Source of the DNA: a virus
Taxonomy: Duplodnaviria > Caudoviricetes
Direction: 5' to 3' (one strand)
Virus record (IMG/VR): IMGVR_UViG_3300032290_001492
Location: 1 to 50,526 of that record
DNA: 50,526 nt
This document shows, in pieces, positions 35,019-43,807 of this stretch (positions are counted from its first letter, which is position 1; each line of letters begins with the position of its first letter). The notes under the pieces are model-generated. The model ran no database searches. It saw only the letters and a program-made list of their open reading frames with translations, and had not been told where the DNA came from. Both the position numbers and the translations under genes were made by a program.

Positions 35019-35216
35019 ATGCCACGAAAGCCCAAGTACACCGCGCCTCGGCGCATCAACATCATCCTCGAGGCCGCGCTCCATGAAGACGCGGTCCGTC
35101 GCGCTGACGACTTCCGCCTTGCCGGCGGCTTCAGCGAGTACGTCGCCCGCCTAATCCAGGCCGACCGGGCCCGCAAGGGTCGGGCGGTCATGAACGTCGA
35201 CCTCAACGCCGCCTGA
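35019..35216 (+). CDS. Ribbon-helix-helix regulator (Cro-position)
   Basis: RRINIILEAALHEDAVRRA...GGFSEYVARLIQAD; first early gene. Confidence 0.75.
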   Translation: MPRKPKYTAPRRINIILEAALHEDAVRRADDFRLAGGFSEYVARLIQADRARKGRAVMNVDLNAA

Positions 35217-35218
35217 CC

Positions 35219-35356
35219 ATGAGCCCCAAAGCGATTCTCGCCGGCTGCGTGATGGTCGCCGCCCTCCTAATCTTCGCCGTGATGGCGGTGATCGAAACGA
35301 TCCTCCGCGGCCGGAGCGTACTCAGCGACTGCGGTCTCGACCATGACAGCGAATAA
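35219..35356 (+). CDS. Small single-TM protein
   Basis: MSPKAILAGCVMVAALLIFAVMAVIETILRG..., 45 aa, fills operon gap. Confidence 0.55.
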   Translation: MSPKAILAGCVMVAALLIFAVMAVIETILRGRSVLSDCGLDHDSE

Positions 35357-35696
35357 CCTGCACCCTGGCGCCCCGGTTGCCCGGACGACGCTGCGCCCTC
35401 CTCACCGGGTGGTCGAGATGCTCGACTGCCACGCGCACCACAACCGCATGACGCGGTCCGAGGCGATCCGCGATGCGCTTGACCGCTATCTGACCGGCTC
35501 ACCGCTCGCCTGCGCCGGCACCTCCGGTCGGCTGTACCGGCACCTCAACTCGCGCCTGGTGCCGAGGCCGCTCCCGTTCTGCTGTGCTCCGACCAGGCTG
35601 GCGCAGTACCGGACGCAGGCCGCGCGCCTGGGTCATCAATCGCTCTGCGGTCTGGTGGCCGTGGCGATCGCCGACATCAGCGGGGTGCGGCCATGA
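35343..35696 (+). CDS. CopG-like RHH protein
   Basis: RTTLRPP..VVEMLD...MTRSEAIRDALDRYL. Confidence 0.7.
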   Translation: MTANNLHPGAPVARTTLRPPHRVVEMLDCHAHHNRMTRSEAIRDALDRYLTGSPLACAGTSGRLYRHLNSRLVPRPLPFCCAPTRLAQYRTQAARLGHQSLCGLVAVAIADISGVRP

Positions 35697-35875
35697 CGCT
35701 CCGAGATCTCGAGACCCAGATCGCCCGGCTGCGTGCCGCGGGCGCCCACCCGCTCACGCCCGTCGTGCTCCAGGACGTGGAGCACACACAGATCCCTCTG
35801 GACGAGGTGATCGAGGACGCGGGCCGCATCGTCATCCGCCCGAGCTGGCTCATGGCGCTGGAGGACGATGCCTGA
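35693..35875 (+). CDS. Hypothetical protein
   Basis: 60 aa, ATGA overlap, GC3 bias. Confidence 0.65.
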   Translation: MTLRDLETQIARLRAAGAHPLTPVVLQDVEHTQIPLDEVIEDAGRIVIRPSWLMALEDDA

Positions 35876-35905
35876 GCGACCCACTCACCCTAAAGTCCCT
35901 ACCAC

Positions 35906-36073
35906 ATGAACATCATCAACCGAATCCTGATGCGCCTCGGGCTCAAACTCGTCTCGTTGCGCGATCCGCACTCCCTAACGGCCGAGCAGTGGGCGGCGCG
36001 CGAGGCGAAGCTCCAGCACGCGCTTTGTCGCGCGTACCGCAAGACCCACTTCTGGAAGCGTCGCGCGCTATGA
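35906..36073 (+). CDS. Hypothetical protein
   Basis: MNIINRILMRLGLKL..., 55 aa, preceded by TCCCTACCAC; ATGA overlap with next gene. Confidence 0.6.
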   Translation: MNIINRILMRLGLKLVSLRDPHSLTAEQWAAREAKLQHALCRAYRKTHFWKRRAL

Positions 36074-36432
36074 GCTACCACCAGGAGGTCGCATCCTCGA
36101 CACTCCGGACGCTTGAGTACCTGGTGGCCAAGCACTGTCGGCGCCAGGAGGAGGTGCGGCCCAGGATCAGGCGCGAGGTGTTGGCGGCGATCCCTCGCAC
36201 CGCCGCGCGGAAGCCGCAGACGAGCGCGCGGATGACGCCCGCGCTGCACGATGCGATCTACGCCGAGTGCGAGGGGTACATGCCCTCGGACTTCGTCCAG
36301 GACCTGGCTGCGCGGCACGGCGTCAGCATGGCCACCGTCTGGAAGGTCCGGTCAAAGCGGCACCCGATGTACGACCGCATCCGCAGCGAGAAGGCGCGCA
36401 TCGCGCACCTGATGCGCCAGGTCGGCCAGTAA
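36070..36432 (+). CDS. Putative HTH DNA-binding protein
   Basis: 120 aa from ATG 36070; QDLAARHGVSMATVWKV helix-turn-helix. Confidence 0.65.
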   Translation: MSYHQEVASSTLRTLEYLVAKHCRRQEEVRPRIRREVLAAIPRTAARKPQTSARMTPALHDAIYAECEGYMPSDFVQDLAARHGVSMATVWKVRSKRHPMYDRIRSEKARIAHLMRQVGQ

Positions 36433-36480
36433 TACAACAACCCCCTACCGGAGGCCCCGTGGACCAGATATTCTGGGTCC

Positions 36481-36969
36481 ATGGGGCCTCACGTTTTTGT
36501 CGCTGTCGATCCCGGGGCGTCCGGTGGCTGGGTGATCCGACACCGCGACGGCTCGATCGCCTCCGTCGGCACGTACACGGGCGACGGGGACGTGCTGCAG
36601 GTCTGCGCGTTTGTCCGGCGGTGCCACCACGCCGGCTACCCGTTTGCCGCGGTGATCGAGCACGTCTGGGCCTCGCCGGTCATGGGCGTGTCGTCCGCGT
36701 TCTCGTTCGGCGAGAACTTTGGTGCCTGGTGCATGGCGTTCAAGGTGGTCGGAATCCCCGTCCACGGCGTTTTGCCGCAAGCCTGGCAGCGGGTGGTGGC
36801 CCCGGACCTCAAGGCGCAGGGGAACGAGCGGAAGCGGGCGCTGAAGGCCCTGGCGCAGGAGCGGCACCCCGGTGCCCGCGTCACCCTGGCGACCGCGGAC
36901 GCCCTCCTGATCTCTGACTACTGCGTCCAGACCGCGGCGGCCGGGCGTGAATTGGGGCCGCAGCTATGA
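36481..36969 (+). CDS. RuvC-like Holliday junction resolvase
   Basis: AVDPGASGG, VIEHV, FSFGENFG, VLPQAWQ, ADALLI. Confidence 0.85.
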   Translation: MGPHVFVAVDPGASGGWVIRHRDGSIASVGTYTGDGDVLQVCAFVRRCHHAGYPFAAVIEHVWASPVMGVSSAFSFGENFGAWCMAFKVVGIPVHGVLPQAWQRVVAPDLKAQGNERKRALKALAQERHPGARVTLATADALLISDYCVQTAAAGRELGPQL

Positions 36970-38264
36970 GTGGTACCGCGATCACCCCGCTGCCGTTCCA
37001 GGCCGACGCCGTTGCCCACCACGTCCGCCTGCTGCGCGAGCGTGGCGCCTCGGCGGAGGCGAGCGTGGCGGGTTTCGGCAAGACGTTCGTGGCGTCATTC
37101 GTCGCCCGCGAGCTCGGCTACCCGATGGTCGTGCTCTGCCCGAAGGTGGTCATCCCGCACTGGCAGCGGGCTGCGGCGGCCGTGGGCGCGCCGGCGGCGA
37201 GCATCTCGAACTACGAGCAGCACAAGCTCGGGCACACCGGGATGGGTGGGTGGGAGATCCGGAACCGGCGGTGGCGGTGGACCGTGACCAGGCCGACGCT
37301 CCTGGTGTTCGACGAGGCGCACCTGTGCAAGACCCGCACCTCGCAGAACGCGAAGCTGATGGTGGCCGCGAAGCGCCAGGGGATCCCGACGCTCGTCATG
37401 TCGGCGACCCTCGCTCAGGATCCGACGGACCTGTTTGCGGCCGGCTACCTGCTGGGCCTGCACGCGGGCGAGCACTACGACTTTTTGGGCTTCCAGGCGC
37501 GGTTCGGCGTGATCCGCGATGGGTTCGGGTGGAAGTTCGACCCGCGGCATGACCCGACGGCGCTCAGGCGGTTGAATGCCGAGCTGTTTCCGAGCCGGGG
37601 CCACCGGAAGACGTACGAGGAGATCCCTGGATTCCCGGATGCCTCGCTCGACGTGCGTGAGGTGGTCGGTGATGCCGGCCGCCTGGCCGAGATCGAGGGC
37701 GCCTGGGCGCGGGTGGCGGAGCTCGAGGCGCTGCGCGAGACCGCGGTCAACGGGGCGGTGGAGCGGCTGCGGGCCCGGCAGCTCGCCGAGCTGGCGAAGG
37801 TGCCGGCCGTGGTCGAGCTCGCCAGGGACCTGATCGGGTCGGGCCTCTCGGTGCCGATCTTCCTCAATTTCACCGCTTCGATCGACGCGGTGTCCGCCGA
37901 GCTCTGCGCCCCGGTGATCGACGGCCGGGTCGGCGACCATGAGCGGGCCGAGGCCATCGACGCATTCCAGGCCGACCGCGTCCGGTGCCTGGTGGTGCAG
38001 TCGAGCGCCGGCGGCGTCGGCATCTCGCTGCACGACACGCACGGCCGCTACCCGCGGCACTCGCTGATCTCCCCGCCCGAGAGCGCGCGAGATTTGATCC
38101 AGGTGCTCGGCCGCAATCGCCGCGTGGGGCAGAAGAGCCCGGCGTTCCGCAGCGTGATCACGCTCGCCGGCTCGATCGAGAGCAGGGTGAGCGCCGCGGT
38201 GGCCCGCAAGGCCGACCAGATCGAAACGATCAACGACGGTGACCTGGATCCACTTTCACGATGA
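36966..38264 (+). CDS. Superfamily 2 (SNF2-like) helicase
   Basis: GFGKT, FDEAH, MSAT, GGVGISL, QVLGRNRRVG. Confidence 0.88.
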   Translation: MSGTAITPLPFQADAVAHHVRLLRERGASAEASVAGFGKTFVASFVARELGYPMVVLCPKVVIPHWQRAAAAVGAPAASISNYEQHKLGHTGMGGWEIRNRRWRWTVTRPTLLVFDEAHLCKTRTSQNAKLMVAAKRQGIPTLVMSATLAQDPTDLFAAGYLLGLHAGEHYDFLGFQARFGVIRDGFGWKFDPRHDPTALRRLNAELFPSRGHRKTYEEIPGFPDASLDVREVVGDAGRLAEIEGAWARVAELEALRETAVNGAVERLRARQLAELAKVPAVVELARDLIGSGLSVPIFLNFTASIDAVSAELCAPVIDGRVGDHERAEAIDAFQADRVRCLVVQSSAGGVGISLHDTHGRYPRHSLISPPESARDLIQVLGRNRRVGQKSPAFRSVITLAGSIESRVSAAVARKADQIETINDGDLDPLSR

Positions 38265-38563
38265 GACAAAATCCGAGGCAACTGCAGCGCATCAATGAGC
38301 TGATCGACAGCACCTGTATCGAGAACGGCGATACGGTGCAGATCCCCGACGGCCTGGAGGGTGCGTTCGTCGGCATCGACGGCAACGACGGCCTGCCGCG
38401 GGCCGTTTTCTCGAGGGAGCTGGCGATCGAGATCCTCATGCGCGACGGGCAGATGCAGTACGAGGACGCGGTCGAGTACTTCGAGTTCAACGTGGCCGGC
38501 GCGTACGTCGGCGAACAGACGCCTCTATGGATCCACACGAAGGCTTACATAACGACTCTGTGA
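38261..38563 (+). CDS. Conserved phage hypothetical protein
   Basis: DGLEGAFVG...DAVEYFEFNVAGAYVGEQTP. Confidence 0.7.
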   Translation: MRQNPRQLQRINELIDSTCIENGDTVQIPDGLEGAFVGIDGNDGLPRAVFSRELAIEILMRDGQMQYEDAVEYFEFNVAGAYVGEQTPLWIHTKAYITTL

Positions 38564-38715
38564 GCGGGGCGCAGCAGCTCCACCTCCAGCTCGTCACCAT
38601 GATAAACCGCTACGGGCATGAGGCAGACCTCTCGCTCTGCGAGGTCCTCGGCGTCCTGCGCCTGGTCGAGGAGGACATCCTGCAAAAGGTCCGCGAGCGC
38701 AACGCCGCGCGGTAA
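38560..38715 (+). CDS. Hypothetical protein
   Basis: 51 aa from GTG overlapping the upstream TGA. Confidence 0.55.
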   Translation: MSGAQQLHLQLVTMINRYGHEADLSLCEVLGVLRLVEEDILQKVRERNAAR

Positions 38716-38773
38716 TACATCAGTAATACACCAACGCTCCTGACATCGCCTTTCGACCTGCTTGGTTCACACC

Positions 38774-39922
38774 ATGAGCACCGAGAGACCACACGCCGAG
38801 CGCAGCGCCAGCCAGCAGGGCGCGCTCGCGGTGTGCCCCGGCTACCGGCCCCAGGCGGCCGGCAAGCGGGCCCACTGGGTGACGGAGCAGGGCAACCGGG
38901 GACACGCCGCCCTGGAATCCGGGGACTCCGGCGAGCTGGAGTCCACGTTCGAGGAGCGCATGGTGGCCATGGCCGAGGAGTACGCATCGCGATTCACGGA
39001 GCTGGGCGCGACCGTCATCGACGAATTCCCCGTCGCGACGATCGAGGGCCGCTGGGGATACTGCGATCGCCTGATCATCAACGTGGACGGCACCGCGCAC
39101 CTTCTCGACTGGAAATTCGTCCGGGCCAAGGAGGTCGTCGACGCCGACCATAACCTCCAGGGCAAGGATTACGTCGTGGGCATTCTCGACGACGAGGCCC
39201 GCTTTGGGGCGATCGAGCGCCTGCATGTGCATTTCGTGATGCCGCGACTGGGCGCCGTCACGCGCACGACGGAGCCGTTCACGCGGGCCGACCTGCCGCG
39301 GCTCAAGCTCGAGATCCTGGCCAACCTGGCGCGGGCCCGGGCGACGGACACGAAGCGGTTCCGCGGGGCCTCGCTCCACCCCTCCTACGACGTTTGCCGG
39401 TACTGCGGCGCGGCGGGCCGCTGCGTGGCCCTCCGCCGCATCGCGGACCGCCTGGGCCGAGCGTACGACCCCGAGGGCTACGGCAAGTCGCTCCCGGTGC
39501 CGGCGCAGACGCACGCCAGCGAGGTGACCGACCCCGCCGCCCGGGCCCAGCTCCAGGAGCTGGCCGGGCTCATGGAGACCTGGGCCGCGAGCGTGCGGCA
39601 CCACAACCTGACCGCCGCCCTGGCCAGCCCGGACGCGGTCCCGACGGGCTACGTGATTGACTGGGTCAAGGGCCGACGCCGGGTGACCAGCGCCGAGGGC
39701 CTGCTCCTGGCCGCCCAGGAGTTCGGGATCTCGGCGCAGGATTTGATCGACGCGGCGTCGCTCTCCTGGACGCGGGTCGAGGAGACCCTGCGTTCCAGGG
39801 CGGCCCGCGGCGAGAAGGCCGAGATCGTGGCATCGTTTTCGCAGCGCCTGGTCGAGCTCGACGCGGTCGAGCGGCCGGAGCCTACCCCGAAGCTGGTCCG
39901 GGCCCGCCCGGCCCGCGTCTGA
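38774..39922 (+). CDS. Cas4-like PD-(D/E)XK exonuclease (DUF2800-like)
   Basis: HAERSAS...CPG, G..GHA.LE, WGYCD..LDWKF, Q..Y, CRYC....C. Confidence 0.8.
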   Translation: MSTERPHAERSASQQGALAVCPGYRPQAAGKRAHWVTEQGNRGHAALESGDSGELESTFEERMVAMAEEYASRFTELGATVIDEFPVATIEGRWGYCDRLIINVDGTAHLLDWKFVRAKEVVDADHNLQGKDYVVGILDDEARFGAIERLHVHFVMPRLGAVTRTTEPFTRADLPRLKLEILANLARARATDTKRFRGASLHPSYDVCRYCGAAGRCVALRRIADRLGRAYDPEGYGKSLPVPAQTHASEVTDPAARAQLQELAGLMETWAASVRHHNLTAALASPDAVPTGYVIDWVKGRRRVTSAEGLLLAAQEFGISAQDLIDAASLSWTRVEETLRSRAARGEKAEIVASFSQRLVELDAVERPEPTPKLVRARPARV

Positions 39923-39933
39923 CCCTCCCTACC

Positions 39934-40704
39934 ATGAGAACCAAAATCGTACCCGCCGCGGAGGAGCCTGCCTCCACCGCTGTTTCCGTGATCGAGCCGG
40001 CGCCCCTGACGCACTACAGCGCCGATACCTACGACGACGTTTCGCGCGACGTTGAGGTCCCCGTCCTCGCGCTGATCAACAACGTCGGTCCCCTGGCCAA
40101 GCAGTTCACAAATAAGGCCGGCAATTTCGTCCTGGGTGACACGCTGGTCGGCGAGTCCGTGAAGGTCATTCCCGTGCAGGTCACCAAGTACTACCGTGAG
40201 ACCGTGCGGAATGGCGCGACCATCAAGTACGGGTCGCCGGAGGATAAGGCGCGCCGAATCTTCTCGTCCGCCCAGGACGCGGCAAAGGCCGGCTACGCTG
40301 TGGATTTCGACAACCGCCACCCGAACCGGATCGAGGAGTGTGGCAAGATCGGCTACCTGGTGATCAAGCCGGCCGGCGACAAGAGCGGGGAGTTCGTGCT
40401 GAAGGCGGGCCCGCTTGAGCTCGCGTCGGCGCGGTGCTCTTACCAGCGCGGCGGCTATCGGGAGGTCTGGCGTCGGGTCTTTGAGCACGCGCATAAGCTG
40501 GCCCTTGCCAAGGGCGTGGCGACGAAGGGGCTCAACCACGGCCAAGTGTTCTACGCCGCCCAGGCGTGGACGCACGCGTGGACGCTGTCAGCGAGCCAGG
40601 TCGACGGTTCCCAGAATTCCTGGTGGGAGCCGCGGATCGCAAAGTCCGACGCGCTGCCCGCCGAGACGGTTGCATGGATCACCGCGAACTACGGTTCGCT
40701 TTGA
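39934..40704 (+). CDS. Putative ssDNA-binding/annealing protein
   Basis: 256 aa between exonuclease and PolA; DVEVPVLALIN and NSWWEP motifs; function inferred from position. Confidence 0.5.
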   Translation: MRTKIVPAAEEPASTAVSVIEPAPLTHYSADTYDDVSRDVEVPVLALINNVGPLAKQFTNKAGNFVLGDTLVGESVKVIPVQVTKYYRETVRNGATIKYGSPEDKARRIFSSAQDAAKAGYAVDFDNRHPNRIEECGKIGYLVIKPAGDKSGEFVLKAGPLELASARCSYQRGGYREVWRRVFEHAHKLALAKGVATKGLNHGQVFYAAQAWTHAWTLSASQVDGSQNSWWEPRIAKSDALPAETVAWITANYGSL

Positions 40705-40710
40705 GAGGAT

Positions 40711-40738
40711 CCGGGGAGGCGCGCTAACGCCTCCCCGG
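40711..40738 (+). terminator. 11-bp stem-loop (no U-tract)
   Basis: CCGGGGAGGCG-CGCTAA-CGCCTCCCCGG just after a stop codon. Confidence 0.5.
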
Positions 40739-40768
40739 GTGTGATCAGTAGTCCCTACCACGGAACAT

Positions 40769-40975
40769 ATGAGCACGGGCGATATCCTTTATCACATAAC
40801 CATCGCCGGCAAGGCGGAAGAGCTCGTCGAGACGATCCACGGCCAGGTCAACTACCGCGACTGGTTGATCTCTGAGCGCGAACGCATCCGCCGGAAGAGC
40901 GGCTGGCCCGTGGACATCTGGACCAACCCGTCGACTGGCGAGATCTCGCTCGTCCACCTCCGCCTCCGCCGATGA
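40769..40975 (+). CDS. Hypothetical protein
   Basis: 68 aa, preceded by TCCCTACCAC, ATGA overlap with polA. Confidence 0.65.
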   Translation: MSTGDILYHITIAGKAEELVETIHGQVNYRDWLISERERIRRKSGWPVDIWTNPSTGEISLVHLRLRR

Positions 40976-43020
40976 GAGACGAGATCTGCAGGCTGCTGGC
41001 CGAGGAGCAGGTCTCCCGGCCAGACGGGGACACGTTCGTCGCGATTGACTTCGAGACGTTCTACCGGAGCGAGAAGGTCGCCCGGCGCGAGGGTAAATCC
41101 GCATGCTCTCTTACCCTCCAGGGCAACTGGGGATACTGCCAACATCTCGACTGGGAGGCGTACATGGTGTCGATCTACGCGCCGGACGTGCAGTACGTCG
41201 GCGACCCGCGGCGGGCGCCCTGGCACAAGCTGTATCACCGCACCTGGCTGTCGCACAACGCCGGCTTCGACCGCTCGGTGTACGAGCGCCTCGTCGAGCA
41301 GGAGATCGTCCTGCCGGTGGACTACAAGGAGTGGCATTGCACCGCGGATCTGGCCGTCTTCGCCAACCTTCCGCGCGCACTCAACGACGCGTCGGTCTGC
41401 GCGTTCAACATCAAGCTCGATAAGGCGGTCCGGCGCGACATGGACGGCGTGCGTTGGGCGTCGGTGCCCGAGGCCGAGCGCCAGCGGGTCCTGGACTACG
41501 CGCTGGACGACGCGGCGCTCTGCTGGCTGCTCTGGGCCCGGTACTCCAATCGGTGGCCTGAGATCGAGCGGTGGGCGTCGCTGCACACCCGCCAGATCGA
41601 GTTCCGCGGGATCCCCGTCGATCGGGACACGGTCGACCAGGACATCGCGGTGCTCGAGTCCGCGCTCTGGGTCGCCAAAAAGCGTATCCCCTGGGTGGAT
41701 ACTGAAGACGAAAACGGTCGGCCGATCGCGCTGCGGTCGAAGGCGGCGCTGGACCGCGAGTGTCTGCGGTGCGGCGTGACGCCGCCCAAGTCGACGGCGC
41801 AGAAATCCAAAGAGTTTCTTGAGTGGGTCGACGAGTTCGGCGAGCGGGTGCCCGCGGTGCTCGAGCTCGGTCGCTACCGCCGCATCGACCGTGCGCTGTC
41901 GGTCTACCAGGCGCTCAAGGCCCGCATCCGCCCGGACGGGCGGGCCGCACTGGGCCTCAAGTACCTGGGCGCGACGAAGACCGGCCGCTGGAGCGGCGCC
42001 AATAAGTTCAACCTGCAGAACCTCATGAAGTGGCCGCTCATGTTCACCGCCAGCTACGAGTGGGCCGACTCGATTTCGGATGCGGCACACATCGTTGATG
42101 TGCGGTCCTGCATCACCGCGGGGCCCGGGCGGAAGCTGATCATCGCCGACTTGGCGCAGATCGAGCCTCGGATCCTCAACTGGATCGTCGGGAACGCCGA
42201 GTTCCTCGAGCTGTGCGCTCAGGGCATGAGCCCGTACGAGGCGCACGCCCGGAGCTCGATGGGCTGGACGGGCGGCAACTTGAAGAAGGAGGCACCCGCG
42301 ATCTACGCCCTGGCCAAGGCCCGCGTCCTGGCGCTCGGCTACGGTGCCGGCTGGCACAAGTTCATCGAGATGGCCCGCGGCTACCTGGGGTCTGAGCAGC
42401 AGTTCCTCGAGATCTTCGCCAAAAAGCCGGACGGCCAGCAGGTGGAGAAGTTTCTGTCCTACCTTCGTTGGATGCGTGACCGAATGAGCCATGCCGGCAG
42501 CAAAAAGATGCTGGCGGAGTGGGAGAGGCTGGATGACCAGACAAAACACATCTGGGTCAATTCCTGGGTCCAGGTGACCGAGTTTCGGGAGAGCAACAGC
42601 AAGATCCGCGCGTTGTGGGCCCGGCTGGACCAGGATCTGAAGCGTTCGTCGATGGAGGACGGGCACCATGAGACCCAACTCCCGTCGGGCCGCGTCCTCG
42701 CCTACTACGACGTGTCGCGCGCGCAGGGCTCGCACGCCCGTGCGAACGACCGCATGGCGCCCCCGACTCGCATCTACGGCGGGCTGATGGTCGAGAACTT
42801 GGTCCAGGCGCTGGCCCGCGACGTGTTCCTCGTCGGGATCCGCAACCTGGAGGACGCCGGCTATCGAGTCATTTTCCACGTCCACGACGAGGTGGTGGTC
42901 GAGGCGGACGCCTCGGCGTCGCGTGCCGACGTGGTGCGTCTCCTGACCACGATGCCGGACTGGGCGAAGAGCCTGCCGGTGGCGGCCGAGGCGGAAGAGA
43001 CGGAGTGCTACAAGAAATGA
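40972..43020 (+). CDS. polA: Family A DNA polymerase with 3'-5' exonuclease
   Basis: IDFET, HNAGFD, YALDDA, TGRWS, NLQN, ADLAQIEPR, AKARVLALGYG, HVHDEVV. Confidence 0.93.
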   Translation: MRDEICRLLAEEQVSRPDGDTFVAIDFETFYRSEKVARREGKSACSLTLQGNWGYCQHLDWEAYMVSIYAPDVQYVGDPRRAPWHKLYHRTWLSHNAGFDRSVYERLVEQEIVLPVDYKEWHCTADLAVFANLPRALNDASVCAFNIKLDKAVRRDMDGVRWASVPEAERQRVLDYALDDAALCWLLWARYSNRWPEIERWASLHTRQIEFRGIPVDRDTVDQDIAVLESALWVAKKRIPWVDTEDENGRPIALRSKAALDRECLRCGVTPPKSTAQKSKEFLEWVDEFGERVPAVLELGRYRRIDRALSVYQALKARIRPDGRAALGLKYLGATKTGRWSGANKFNLQNLMKWPLMFTASYEWADSISDAAHIVDVRSCITAGPGRKLIIADLAQIEPRILNWIVGNAEFLELCAQGMSPYEAHARSSMGWTGGNLKKEAPAIYALAKARVLALGYGAGWHKFIEMARGYLGSEQQFLEIFAKKPDGQQVEKFLSYLRWMRDRMSHAGSKKMLAEWERLDDQTKHIWVNSWVQVTEFRESNSKIRALWARLDQDLKRSSMEDGHHETQLPSGRVLAYYDVSRAQGSHARANDRMAPPTRIYGGLMVENLVQALARDVFLVGIRNLEDAGYRVIFHVHDEVVVEADASASRADVVRLLTTMPDWAKSLPVAAEAEETECYKK

Positions 43021-43394
43021 CGGCGCGCATAAACCTCAAGCGGCGGTGGTTTGGCCGGGCCACCGAGGCGCGGTTCATCGCGGACGCCTCGTCGCGCGGC
43101 CTGGTTGTGTCGCGCCCGTTCACGGAGGCGCCGGGCTACGACGCCGTTATCGACAACGGGCGGCGGCTGATCCGCGTGCAGATCAAGGGCTGCACGCCGA
43201 ACTGCCGCGGCGTCTGCACCATCAACATCAATCGGCACCGCCGGGCCGTCCCGAAGTACGACATCCTGGTGATCTGGGTGACCAGTATCGGGCGCTGGCT
43301 GTTCCTGCCAGGCGCGACGCGGCGCCGGCAGTACCTGCAGCTCCGCGTGTGTGGCAAGTGGGCGCGTGCCGGCTGGGAGACCTTTACCAAATGA
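43017..43394 (+). CDS. Free-standing PD-(D/E)XK endonuclease (group I intron-associated type)
   Basis: G.ATE..F...A...G.VVSRPF....YD.VIDNG..L.RVQIK. Confidence 0.78.
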   Translation: MTARINLKRRWFGRATEARFIADASSRGLVVSRPFTEAPGYDAVIDNGRRLIRVQIKGCTPNCRGVCTININRHRRAVPKYDILVIWVTSIGRWLFLPGATRRRQYLQLRVCGKWARAGWETFTK

Positions 43395-43807
43395 AACCGT
43401 TACCTGATTCGGGAGCTCGTAAGGAGTATCAGACTGGCGCCGTGCGCGACGCGGCGGAAGGGAAGGGGCACTTCCACGCGATCCCGCCCGGCGCGCTGCG
43501 GCGCATCGCCCGGCGGTTCGAGGACGGCGCCAGGAAGTACAGCCGCAATAATTGGATGAAGGGCATCGCCCTGAGCCACTACCAGGACTCGCTGTTTCGG
43601 CATCTCTTGGCGTGGGCCGAGGGCGATGCGTCGGAGGACCACATGGGTGCGATCCTGTGGAACGCCGCCGCGATGGACTGGACCGAGACCGAGATCGCCG
43701 CCGGCCGGCTGCCGGCGGAGCTCAACGACCTTCCGTACCGGGCCCCGCGCCAGACGACCACCACGGGGGGCCGCAGCATCTGCATCGAACCTATCCGCCT
43801 ACCGTGA
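43391..43807 (+). CDS. dATP/dGTP diphosphohydrolase (DUF5664-like)
   Basis: TGAVRD..EGKG....IPP.AL...A..FE.GA.KY..NNW.KG...DSLFRHL...EDH..AI.WN. Confidence 0.85.
   Translation: MKPLPDSGARKEYQTGAVRDAAEGKGHFHAIPPGALRRIARRFEDGARKYSRNNWMKGIALSHYQDSLFRHLLAWAEGDASEDHMGAILWNAAAMDWTETEIAAGRLPAELNDLPYRAPRQTTTTGGRSICIEPIRLP

Noticed and set aside
38774-39922. Cas4-like gene as evidence of CRISPR-Cas
   Set aside because: No repeat-spacer array or other cas genes seen; standard phage replication-module nuclease
43391-43807. Z-base (2-aminoadenine) or 7-deazaguanine genome system
   Set aside because: No PurZ, DatZ, DpdA or Que-like genes recognised; the diphosphohydrolase alone is insufficient
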